Below, in pieces: positions 1-7,480 of a stretch of DNA of 15,977 nucleotides. How positions within the stretch are numbered: position 1 is the stretch's first letter; every line of letters begins with the position of its first letter. The notes under the pieces are model-generated. The model had not been told where the DNA came from. It searched no databases and saw nothing but the letters and a program-made list of their open reading frames with translations. This DNA comes from an uncultured archaeon (lineage in GTDB: Archaea; Iainarchaeota; Iainarchaeia; Iainarchaeales; 0-14-0-20-30-16): NCBI GenBank assembly GCA_964565125.1, contig CAZMCX010000011.1, positions 1 to 15,977 on the forward strand, written 5' to 3'. Made by a program: the position numbers and the translations under genes.

Positions 1-169
1 TTCGGATTAGATTACTTGTAAGAGAATTAATTTCTCTTTCCTTTTTTTTCTTTTTTTATTTCTGATAAGTGACAAAGTTTAACCATGTTTTATAGAATGC
101 CAAAGTCTTTCATGTTGTTTCTTTGTGTTGATTTGTTTTGCCTTTAGGTACAGCTTCTCTTTTGTCTAA

Positions 170-967
170 CTAAACCGGGTTCTTGCCCGACTCTCTTTTA
201 TTCATGTGGGTATGTACAAAGAATCTGCCCATAAAAAATAGCATCTCTCTTATTGTCTTTGGATTTTGTTGGTATCTTAAAGATAAATCCCGTTCTTTGT
301 TAATAAAATCGCCGGGTACTAAAAAATGTTTTCCAAGTGGCTGGTGTTCTGCAAATTCTAAAGCTTCTAAATCTATATTATATCCAATAAATGCATTCTT
401 TAATTTTTTTAGTGTTGATCCAGAATCTATTAAATCAACTATAAATACTTTTTTTGGTGTGGTTGAAGTGTGTATTTTTGTGACTTGGCTGATTAATTCG
501 CGAAAGCCACTATACTCTTTTAGGGGGTCATTAGTTGCTTGAGGGGTGACTATTGTCCTTGCAGAAAGATTTGTAACTTCTTGTTTTCTTAACTCCTCGA
601 TAAGTCCACGCATAAAATAGAAAGTAAATAACTGCCCAGTTTGTGGGAACAAAAACAGAGTTCGTTCTTTAGATTGTATTGCTGATGCCACTGCTGTTTC
701 CAAATCAGATTTATGCGTATTACCAGGATATAAATTATGCTTTTGGCCTAGTAGGGATCCCAATTGCCCAGTATATTCTACCCCGTATCTTTTCTTGAAG
801 AACTCTTCTGCTTTTTCTAGAGTGATTTCTTTTCTTTTCTTTAGCTTTGCTCTTTCAAGTTCTCTTCTTCGTTCTCTTAAGTATTCTTTTCTGTTCTGTC
901 TTGCACCTAATTCCCCGTCTTTTAGTTTTCTGTATTCTGCTTTGAACTTGGGTCTTTCTGCAGGCAT
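170..967 (-). CDS. Hypothetical protein: Lys/Arg/Glu-rich helical N-terminus plus a C-terminal phosphoribosyltransferase-like (PRTase-like) motif; function unknown
   Basis: 265-aa ORF. Its ATG (965-967) directly abuts the FEN-1 stop (968-970). A strong SD, AGGTGG, sits 6 nt upstream, inside the last FEN-1 codons. KKVFIVDLIDSGSTLKKL resembles the PRPP-binding loop of type I PRTases (hydrophobic strand, acidic residue, then D-S/T-G-x-T), but is one residue shorter and has a single acidic residue. TLFLFPQTGQLFTFYF resembles the preceding PRTase strand-loop. Confidence 0.7.
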   Translation of the reverse strand: MPAERPKFKAEYRKLKDGELGARQNRKEYLRERRRELERAKLKKRKEITLEKAEEFFKKRYGVEYTGQLGSLLGQKHNLYPGNTHKSDLETAVASAIQSKERTLFLFPQTGQLFTFYFMRGLIEELRKQEVTNLSARTIVTPQATNDPLKEYSGFRELISQVTKIHTSTTPKKVFIVDLIDSGSTLKKLKNAFIGYNIDLEALEFAEHQPLGKHFLVPGDFINKERDLSLRYQQNPKTIREMLFFMGRFFVHTHMNKRESGKNPV

Positions 968-1999
968 TTAGAACCACCTACTTAGTTTAGGCTGGGCTTT
1001 CTCTTCTTTTTCTTTCTTTTGCAGCTTGCCTAAAGTGTTTTCAATTCTTTCCTTGCTGAAACTGTATTTTTCTACAAGCAGACTTGTAAGCTTTTCTAAA
1101 TTTGGCTCTGTGTTTTGGATTTCTTTTTTCTTTACTTCCTTGTAATCTGGCTTTTTAAAGATTTCATATACTTTTTTGTAATCATAATTTGGGCTATATT
1201 CAAGCTCTTTATAAATGTCTTCTAAAGAGTTGTGCTTTGATACAAGCTTTAATGCTGTCTTGGGCCCTACTTTTGGCGCCTTTTCATTGAAATCGTTTCC
1301 AATAAGGATTGCTATCCAAATAAGTTTCTCTCTTGTTAGGCCTTGTTTTTCTAGGCTCTCTTGTAGGTTTAGGTGTTCTGGACTTACTGTTAAAGAATAG
1401 CTCTTTCCGTTTGCTTTTTTCTTGTTGCTTATAGTGATATTTCTATAGAGGTCTTTTCCTCCAAAAAGAAGAACATCAAAGTCTTGGCTTACACAGCCAT
1501 CCAGAAGCCCTTTTTCATTCATTACTGCTAGCTGGGCTTCTCCATCGTGGATTGCATCTATACAAGGAATTCCAAAAGCATCTAAGAGTTCTTTGCTTTC
1601 TTTAACTATTTCTGGAGTTATACGCATGGCCTGTTTTCCAAACTTTCTTGCATTTTCATAGTCCTCTGCTTCCATTGCTTCTCTGTGCTTTTCTTTTGCT
1701 ATGTCCCTTATTTCGTTTCTTTTTTTTATAACTGTGATCTTTTCATCTAATGGCTTTCCGTCAAATACAAACACAGGATTAACTCCAGTTTCAAGGATAT
1801 TAGTCATTCTGTAAAATAGCCCAACTATGTGGCTTGTGATCTGGCCTTTTTCATTTTGTAAAGGATTTCCATACTGGTCTCTTATGCTTGAAAGGAATTG
1901 GTAGATGGTGTTGTAGGCATCAAAACCAAGCTTTTTGTTTGCAAGGTCGCTTAGCTTGATCTTATTTTTAGTTATGATATCTCCTAAATCACAACCCAT
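968..1999 (-). CDS. fen1: Flap endonuclease 1 (FEN-1, XPG/Rad2 family)
   Basis: 343 aa. The N-terminal MGCDLGDII...LGFDAYNTIYQFL, VFVFDGKP, DGEAQLA, SQDFDVLLFG and GNDFN match the FEN-1 N, I and H3TH motifs. The C-terminal QPKLSRWF is a canonical PIP box (QxxLxxWF) at the extreme C-terminus. Confidence 0.95.
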   Translation of the reverse strand: MGCDLGDIITKNKIKLSDLANKKLGFDAYNTIYQFLSSIRDQYGNPLQNEKGQITSHIVGLFYRMTNILETGVNPVFVFDGKPLDEKITVIKKRNEIRDIAKEKHREAMEAEDYENARKFGKQAMRITPEIVKESKELLDAFGIPCIDAIHDGEAQLAVMNEKGLLDGCVSQDFDVLLFGGKDLYRNITISNKKKANGKSYSLTVSPEHLNLQESLEKQGLTREKLIWIAILIGNDFNEKAPKVGPKTALKLVSKHNSLEDIYKELEYSPNYDYKKVYEIFKKPDYKEVKKKEIQNTEPNLEKLTSLLVEKYSFSKERIENTLGKLQKKEKEEKAQPKLSRWF

Positions 2000-2004
2000 G
2001 TAAA

Positions 2005-2355
2005 TTACTCCAAATCTAGACTAATTTTAAGGGCCTCTTCAATTTTTAATAGTGTCTGTTTGTCTTCTATTGCCCCTAACTTTTTTATAAGTCTGTTTTT
2101 TATTGAAAAAGTATAAATGTGCGAACATAAAATAGAACTATCTTTTTCTAAACCTGAAATGTTTTTTGGAACAAAAACACAAGTAGGCAAATTTTCAGTT
2201 ATCTTGCTAGTTATTGCCAGAACTATTGTGTTTGGAGAATATGTATTTCCCACATCATTTTGAATTATTAAACAAGGACGAGTTTTGCCCATTTCAGAAC
2301 CAAATGCGGGATCAAATCTTGCTAAATAAATTTCTCCCCTTTTTATATCTACCAA
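2005..2355 (-). CDS. mazF: MazF/PemK-family endoribonuclease toxin
   Basis: 116 aa. IKRGEIYLARFDPAFGSEMGKTRPCLIIQND is the typical MazF/PemK N-terminal signature. The start is TTG, preceded by SD GGTGAT (2361-2366 on the + strand as atcacc). It overlaps the upstream antitoxin gene by 7 nt. Confidence 0.9.
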   Translation of the reverse strand: MVDIKRGEIYLARFDPAFGSEMGKTRPCLIIQNDVGNTYSPNTIVLAITSKITENLPTCVFVPKNISGLEKDSSILCSHIYTFSIKNRLIKKLGAIEDKQTLLKIEEALKISLDLE

Positions 2356-2600
2356 GTAGTATCACCTAAAGTAGACTCAAAATCTTTTGCAATCTCTGCG
2401 TGTAATTTAGAATATTTTTGATAATATTCCTTTAATTTATCTATTGTATCTTTTTTTTGTTCTAATTTTTCTATTATTACTTTTCCATTTTCTACTTTTA
2501 CTAATATGCTGTCTTTAGGCCTTATTCCAGTGTAATCTCTTATATTCTTTGGAATTGTTATTTGTCCCCTTTCTCCTACCACGCTTACATCAGCAACCAT
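2349..2600 (-). CDS. mazE: AbrB/SpoVT/MazE-type antitoxin (swapped-hairpin DNA-binding fold)
   Basis: GERGQITIPKNIRDYTGIRPKDSILVKVENGKVIIEKL is an AbrB/MazE-type looped-hinge motif. I prefer the ATG at 2600 (83 aa), because GGTGAT lies 3 nt upstream (2604-2609 as atcacc), over the GTG at 2618 used by the ORF track. An A/T-rich TATA-like tract lies at 2619-2635. Confidence 0.85.
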   Translation of the reverse strand: MVADVSVVGERGQITIPKNIRDYTGIRPKDSILVKVENGKVIIEKLEQKKDTIDKLKEYYQKYSKLHAEIAKDFESTLGDTTW

Positions 2601-2661
2601 TACATCACCAATACCCACTTTACATATATTTCATACTTGGAACCCTTTTTAAACAAATCTA

Positions 2662-4896
2662 TTATTGATTTGTATTTTCATACTCCTTATTAATTATATC
2701 ATAAATTTTCTTGGCCTTCTTCTCGCCTAGCTTGTCTATGTTCTGCAAAGAATCCTCGCTTGCATTAAATACTCTTTTTACACTTTTATACTTTTCTAAA
2801 AGCCTTTTGGCTAAGGTTGGTCCAACAAAAGGAAGGCCTTCTAGTATGCTTCTCTGGAGAATGTGATCTTCAACTCCTTTTTTGACTTTCCTGAGATGCA
2901 ATTCGTTCTCTTTCTTTGTCTGTTCCCTTTTTGCAACTAAAGTGATAAACTCTGCAACCTCTTTTGGGGTTTTTATGAAAAATATTGGAATCTTGAAGTC
3001 TGTGCTTAAAGAAAGTATGCTTCCTAAAACTGCGTTTTTGTTTATGTTTCTGCTCTCATAATCCAAAATGCCTTCTACAATAATTATTGGCTTTTCATAT
3101 GCAATGAGTTTTGATGCTTGGGTGAAAAGCCTGTTATCTAAAATTGAATTGAGGAAATCGTCTGATTTCTTTCGTTCTATTACTGCTTCTTGACCAACTA
3201 GGTAATCTCCAATGTCTAGAGTCTCAAATTCTAGATCTACTTCTTCTTTGTTGAAGAAGGATAATGCCTGTGCATTTCTCTCTCTGTGGTCAATTATAAT
3301 TGTTGGTTTAAGTTTTTTTTTTGAATCTATAGTTGTAAGTAAAGTAGTTTGTTTTATCTCTTTAGGTTTAACAATCCCGTTTATTTTGTCGTTCACAGAT
3401 TCTTTTTTTGAAAGCCTGTCTATTGTGGTCTCCATTTTCTTTTCTTTTTTCAGAGATGACCAGTAAAAAATTTCATCTTTTGTGTCTTTAGTAATTAAAA
3501 TATAGACTTTTCCACTTTTAAAACGCCCAGTTCTTCCTCGTCTTTGGATCATTCTTATCTCAGAGGGTACGGGCTCATAGAAGACTATAGTGTCTACTGC
3601 CGGAAGGTCAAGACCTTCTTCTGCAACCGAGGTAGCAAGTAATACATTGTATTTTCCGTCTTTGAAATCATCGATTATCTCTTTTTGTTCTTTTTGGTTC
3701 AAGCCTTTGTCATCTTCTTTATTTGCCTGGCCTACAAACCTCTTAACACTAAGCAAGGGATTTTTTTGTAAGATTGATTCAAGATGCTTTACGGAATCTC
3801 TGTAATGATTGAAAACAATTATTTTCTGTTTTGGATCTCGATTTAATTCAAATAAAACTATTTCTATGAGCTTTTGTAATTTTGGGTGATTTATGTCTGC
3901 TAAATTGAAGCCTTCAGTTAGGTAAATTGCTTTTTGGATTCTTTCATCTTTTTGCATCATTCCTGCTGATTTTGTGATGTCTTCTTTGAGTTTATGGAAA
4001 TATTCTTCAAGAGCTTGTACGCCCTGAGTTTCAAGCATAAGTGAAGCATGGTTTGTTTTCAATAATGCGGAAATATACATCATGGCCTGGTAATCTTTAC
4101 TTTCCTTTTTTTCTATCTGGGATACTTTTCTCTGTAACATTAGAATCTCGCTTTGGGTGCATTGGCTTCTTAGGGCAAATCCATATCTTTGAATATGGTG
4201 GATAACTTCTTTTGCATAACTATCTAATGAACTTTGGATGAGTTTGTATTGCTCGGGAAGCTCAACTTTTATCCACTGTACATTTACTGGGTTTGTGTAA
4301 GGTGCTATGTCTGCATCGGTTTTTCTTTTTAGTTCTATGTTTGTGAACCTTAGGTTGTCCATTATTGCTTTTATTTTGCTTTTTTCGTTTCCGGGTGATG
4401 CGGTTAGGCCTAATGTCTTACAGATAGTTTTTTTTGCTATGTCTACATAGGCATAAGCCCCCGCAGCTTTATGGGCTTCATCAAATATAATTAGGTCGAA
4501 AGCCCCTAATTCTTCTTTACTTAAACCTGAAAAAGTTTGGGGTGTGGCGCAAATAACTTCACAATTGCTTAGTTCTGTGCTTCTTTTTTTTGTTGAGATT
4601 GAGCCTGTGATAAGGCCTATTTCTGCTTTTAAAACAGAACTTAAAAATTCATAATGTTGGTTAACAAGTGGCTTGGTTGGTGCAAGAAACAGAATCTTGC
4701 CTTTTTTCTTTAGTAAAGTTTCAGCAATTACAAATAATGCAATAACTGTTTTTCCTAATCCGGTGGGCAAAACAATTAAAGTGCTTTCTTCGAGACCTTT
4801 TTCTGCAAGAGCAATCTGGTATTGCCTGTGTTTTATTATGTCTTTTTTCATTAGGGGGTGGTTGTAGTAGATACCCTCGAGATATTTTTCTAGCAT
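2662..4896 (-). CDS. hef: Hef: archaeal helicase-nuclease (SF2 helicase + ERCC4/XPF nuclease + (HhH)2)
   Basis: 744 aa. Helicase motifs are present: PTGLGKT (Walker A), FDEAHKA (DEAH), TASPG and QRRGRTGR (motif VI). The C-terminal ERCC4 nuclease carries IIIDHRE...IGDYLV...ERKKSDDF. A terminal tandem helix-hairpin-helix follows (LPFVGPTLAKRLL...LGEKKAKKIY). Confidence 0.95.
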   Translation of the reverse strand: MLEKYLEGIYYNHPLMKKDIIKHRQYQIALAEKGLEESTLIVLPTGLGKTVIALFVIAETLLKKKGKILFLAPTKPLVNQHYEFLSSVLKAEIGLITGSISTKKRSTELSNCEVICATPQTFSGLSKEELGAFDLIIFDEAHKAAGAYAYVDIAKKTICKTLGLTASPGNEKSKIKAIMDNLRFTNIELKRKTDADIAPYTNPVNVQWIKVELPEQYKLIQSSLDSYAKEVIHHIQRYGFALRSQCTQSEILMLQRKVSQIEKKESKDYQAMMYISALLKTNHASLMLETQGVQALEEYFHKLKEDITKSAGMMQKDERIQKAIYLTEGFNLADINHPKLQKLIEIVLFELNRDPKQKIIVFNHYRDSVKHLESILQKNPLLSVKRFVGQANKEDDKGLNQKEQKEIIDDFKDGKYNVLLATSVAEEGLDLPAVDTIVFYEPVPSEIRMIQRRGRTGRFKSGKVYILITKDTKDEIFYWSSLKKEKKMETTIDRLSKKESVNDKINGIVKPKEIKQTTLLTTIDSKKKLKPTIIIDHRERNAQALSFFNKEEVDLEFETLDIGDYLVGQEAVIERKKSDDFLNSILDNRLFTQASKLIAYEKPIIIVEGILDYESRNINKNAVLGSILSLSTDFKIPIFFIKTPKEVAEFITLVAKREQTKKENELHLRKVKKGVEDHILQRSILEGLPFVGPTLAKRLLEKYKSVKRVFNASEDSLQNIDKLGEKKAKKIYDIINKEYENTNQ

Positions 4897-4928
4897 ATTT
4901 ATATATATTGTAAATAACTAATAAATAT
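4897..4928. promoter_or_regulatory. 32-bp A/T-only divergent promoter spacer between hef and the 4929 gene; both genes probably leaderless
   Basis: The sequence is atttatatatattgtaaataactaataaatat. TATA-like tracts lie about 20-30 nt upstream of each start codon on the respective strands. No SD motif precedes either ATG. Confidence 0.5.
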
Positions 4929-5744
4929 ATGTTACAAGTGCCACCGGAATATTTGAAAACAAGGGGAAAAGGCTTATTTAAGACTTTAGAGTTTTCTGAT
5001 CATGTTTTAGGCCATAAAGACCCTTTTTTTAGAGACTGCGGACTTTTTGGTGCAAGAAAATTAATTTCTTGGGTTGGAGAACAGGGAAATAGGATAAATG
5101 AACTAATTCACTTGGTTGGTCCAAGAGAAGCAAGGCCTTTTTTGGACTTGCTTGCTACTGCAAAAGTTAGAGATAAACGCAGATTTTTGGAAAAATTAAG
5201 GCTTTTTATTCAGGATGACAGTACACGAGGTCTTAATAGGTCCAATAAGGTAATTGGGATTTTAGCAGGATATGGGTTTAGTGAAAATGGGCTAGCTGAA
5301 TGTCTTGGTGAGATTTCAATGGCAAACAAAGCAAGCGGTCCGGCTTTAGCAGAAGCCTATGAACAAGTTATAGATTTACTTGCTTATTATAAAGGTACTT
5401 TTAAAGGAGATGAAGCAGTTTATCCCTTGAAAATGGTTAGAACAATTTTTGCAATTTCCGGTGACCCTGAAACCCAAAGAAAAATATGCAAAAAGTATAT
5501 TGATTTAATATTTTCTAGTTCAAATCCAAAGGCTTGTTTACAAAAAGGAAAAAACTTTTTAGTAATACTTTTGAAATTATTAAAAGAAAAAAAATATGAT
5601 GCCATTGACAGAATGTTTAGGAATATCAAAGATCTTAAAACCTATGTTGACTTGACAAGTAAAATTGATGATGCTACTTTACAAACTGACTTTGCGAAAA
5701 TTTCAGAATATTTATTAACTGCCCGTGAAGTTGAATTTTCTTAA
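4929..5744 (+). CDS. Hypothetical protein, predicted all-helical, no recognisable motif
   Basis: 271-aa ORF filling the gap between hef and the MFS gene. Its stop TAA (5742-5744) overlaps the convergent MFS stop within the tetranucleotide TTAA. No family signature recognised by eye. Confidence 0.7.
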   Translation: MLQVPPEYLKTRGKGLFKTLEFSDHVLGHKDPFFRDCGLFGARKLISWVGEQGNRINELIHLVGPREARPFLDLLATAKVRDKRRFLEKLRLFIQDDSTRGLNRSNKVIGILAGYGFSENGLAECLGEISMANKASGPALAEAYEQVIDLLAYYKGTFKGDEAVYPLKMVRTIFAISGDPETQRKICKKYIDLIFSSSNPKACLQKGKNFLVILLKLLKEKKYDAIDRMFRNIKDLKTYVDLTSKIDDATLQTDFAKISEYLLTAREVEFS

Positions 5745-6925
5745 TATGGAACAATTACTTCTTTTATTTTTAAACTTATATAAAAAAATACCGCCATCAA
5801 AACAAACATTGTCAAAAATGCAAACTGGTTTGGTAAAAATAAAAGTACTATTGCTGGGATAAATTTTCCAAGCGCGGCGCCCAGATCTTTAGAAGTTGCA
5901 AAAATAGGGTAATACTTTTCTTCATCTAGTCTTTTTACTTGTTTGAAAAAGAAAGCCCCCTCTATTGGCTCGATGAATGAGGCGGCGATACTTGCAATTA
6001 CCACAAGAGTAAGCTGTAAGTAAATATTGTTTATGAAAAATAAAGCCAGTGAAATTAGACTTAATAAAAAAAATCCATACTTAAAGAATTTTCTGAATCC
6101 TAATTTTTCGGATGCCTTTCCAACAAAATATTCAAATATAATTAGTGGTATAACTAAAACTGCAATAAATACACTTACTGTGCCATTGCTTAATCCAGCT
6201 TTTATTATGAATAATGGCAGATAAATATAGACAAACCCCCACCAAACCTGTAAGCCCATTGAAATTAGATATGGAAGTTGTAATGTTTTGTCTTTTACAA
6301 AATATATCAGATTTAATAAAATATGTTTATCTAATCCATCTCTTTCTTTTTGTAAGGGGGAAATTTTTAAGATTAAGAATAATATTAATGCCATTGCATA
6401 AAATCCTGCTGCAGATAAAAATACAGATCGCAATCCATATTCAACCAAGAAAAATCCAGCAATTAACGGGCCTATTAACCATGCAAAATTGATTATACAA
6501 AACATTATTGACATTTGTCTGTTTAATTTTCCATCTTCAGAGTTGTCTCTAAACAAAATGTCGCTTGCGTTTACTCTTAGTATGGTATTTATAACTAATA
6601 CCAGATATACTGCCAAAAAGAAATATAAGTTTGTAATTATTAACAGGATCCCAAATCCGACAATTGAAATTAACAAGCTTACTATAATTATTTTTCTTTG
6701 GTTATATTTTTCTAAGATTGGAATTGCTAAAAGTGATGACCCAACAGAAACAATTACGAAAATACTGGAAATAAGACCAACTTCAGATTCAGATAAACCA
6801 AAACTAAATAGGTAAATCGCCCATATTGTTGTTATTGCAGCTAAGGCAAGCGATACAAAAAACCTTACAAATGCAAGCTCTGTACTTTTTGAGATTTGTA
6901 TATTTGCATAGTTTAGCTTTTGCAT
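5741..6925 (-). CDS. Major facilitator superfamily (MFS) transporter
   Basis: 394 aa, about 12 hydrophobic segments in a 6+6 layout with a central loop (KISPLQKERDGLDK). Composition and length are typical of MFS; the substrate cannot be inferred. Confidence 0.8.
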   Translation of the reverse strand: MQKLNYANIQISKSTELAFVRFFVSLALAAITTIWAIYLFSFGLSESEVGLISSIFVIVSVGSSLLAIPILEKYNQRKIIIVSLLISIVGFGILLIITNLYFFLAVYLVLVINTILRVNASDILFRDNSEDGKLNRQMSIMFCIINFAWLIGPLIAGFFLVEYGLRSVFLSAAGFYAMALILFLILKISPLQKERDGLDKHILLNLIYFVKDKTLQLPYLISMGLQVWWGFVYIYLPLFIIKAGLSNGTVSVFIAVLVIPLIIFEYFVGKASEKLGFRKFFKYGFFLLSLISLALFFINNIYLQLTLVVIASIAASFIEPIEGAFFFKQVKRLDEEKYYPIFATSKDLGAALGKFIPAIVLLFLPNQFAFLTMFVLMAVFFYISLKIKEVIVPY

Positions 6926-6978
6926 GATATAAGAAGATTATTGTTATTTATATTTTTTTGTACCAGTCTTTTACAAAA

Positions 6979-7020
6979 GGCAAAAAGCTTTCTTTGCCAT
7001 AGCAAATTGCTTTCTTGGCA
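6979..7020. repeat. Two tandem copies of a ~20-nt imperfect-palindromic motif (gcaaaNNgctttctt core)
   Basis: The two copies are ggcaaaaagctttctttgcc (6979-6998; stem GGCAAA/TTTGCC) and agcaaattgctttcttggca (7001-7020). The core gcaaaaagctttctt (6980-6994) recurs exactly at 7524-7538. Confidence 0.6.
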
Positions 7021-7120
7021 CAAGGCCACCGGTATAATCTTTGTTGCCTGGAAAAAGAAGAATCCCTTATGGCATTTATGCCATTATTTTTCTTTTGGTG
7101 AACCTATGCTTTTCTTTTTT

Positions 7121-7135
7121 TTAAAAAGAAAAGAA
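7121..7135 (-). terminator. Oligo-T tract immediately 3' of tRNA-Arg (archaeal-type terminator)
   Basis: The minus strand reads TTCTTTTCTTTTTAA directly after the discriminator base. Archaeal RNA polymerase is known to terminate at oligo-T runs. Confidence 0.5.
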
Positions 7136-7208
7136 TGGCCTCACGGGGATTTGAACCCCGGCCGGAGGCTCCGCAAGCCCCTATGCTATCCAACTGCACC
7201 ATGAGGTC
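7136..7208 (-). tRNA. tRNA-Arg (anticodon GCG), 73 nt, no intron, CCA not encoded
   Basis: Hand-folded from the reverse complement GACCTCATGGTGCAGTTGGATAGCATAGGGGCTTGCGGAGCCTCCGGCCGGGGTTCAAATCCCCGTGAGGCCA. D-arm is GTGC/GCAT. Anticodon stem is GGGGC/GCCTC with loop TTGCGGA. T-arm is CGGGG-TTCAAAT-CCCCG. The acceptor stem pairs 6 of 7 positions, with an A2:C71 mismatch. Confidence 0.9.
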
Positions 7209-7267
7209 AATAATATATATCTTTATTCCAATAATATAATAAGTTTAATTTTTTGGGAGAGATATTG

Positions 7268-7480
7268 ATGGGGTATAAAATAGAACAAGATTATAAGAAT
7301 TGTATCGGGTGTGGGGCTTGTGTGGCAATTTGTCCTAAGTTTTGGGTTATGGAAGGAGTAAAAGCAAAGCCAAAGAAAACAGAATTTGATGAAAAAGACT
7401 TAAAGTGCAACAAAGAAGTAGCAGAATCCTGTCCGGCAAATGTAATACATCTTTTTAAGGATAAGAAGAAGATAATTTAG
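7268..7480 (+). CDS. Small mono-cluster [4Fe-4S]/[3Fe-4S] ferredoxin
   Basis: CIGCGACVAICP plus a distal SCP gives the CxxCxxC...CP ligand pattern. The extra Cys pair (ICP and KCN) matches the disulfide pair of Pyrococcus/Thermotoga-type ferredoxins. I prefer the ATG at 7268 (70 aa), preceded by GGGAGAG (7255-7261), over the TTG at 7253. Confidence 0.85.
   Translation: MGYKIEQDYKNCIGCGACVAICPKFWVMEGVKAKPKKTEFDEKDLKCNKEVAESCPANVIHLFKDKKKII

Noticed and set aside
1-169. Left-edge region, checked for a partial gene or RNA
   Set aside because: All six frames are interrupted by stops within about 20 codons, and no tRNA-like or other fold is recognisable. It is most likely a T-rich or A-rich terminator and intergenic sequence.
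183-542. 119-aa + strand ORF antisense to the PRTase-like gene
   Set aside because: Shadow ORF inside a better-supported minus-strand gene. It has low-complexity, Phe/Ser/Cys-rich composition typical of antisense frames in A/T-rich DNA.
1215-4867. Short + strand ORFs 1215-1400, 3212-3466, 3590-3805 and 4673-4867
   Set aside because: All lie antisense within fen1 or hef, both of which carry unambiguous family motifs. No start signals, and shadow-frame composition.
5741-5744. Convergent stop-codon overlap (TTAA) here and the 8-nt convergent overlap at 10466-10473, considered as regulatory features
   Set aside because: These are consistent with general genome compaction in this window, and there is no evidence of a specific function.
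5420-6815. ORFs 5420-5629 (-), 6027-6224, 6214-6492 and 6489-6815 (+)
   Set aside because: They are antisense to the 4929 gene or the MFS gene. The three + ORFs tile the MFS antisense frame, which is the usual artefact of a hydrophobic gene's complement.
6920-7204. 94-aa + strand ORF from the track
   Set aside because: It spans the A/T spacer and runs antisense straight through the tRNA-Arg gene (its C-terminus, GDLNPGRRLRKPLCYPTAP, is the tRNA read backwards). There is no SD, and it is better explained by the tRNA plus intergenic repeats.
7253-7267. TTG start extending the ferredoxin by 5 codons
   Set aside because: The ATG at 7268 has a GGGAGAG SD at proper spacing. The TTG would sit on top of that SD.
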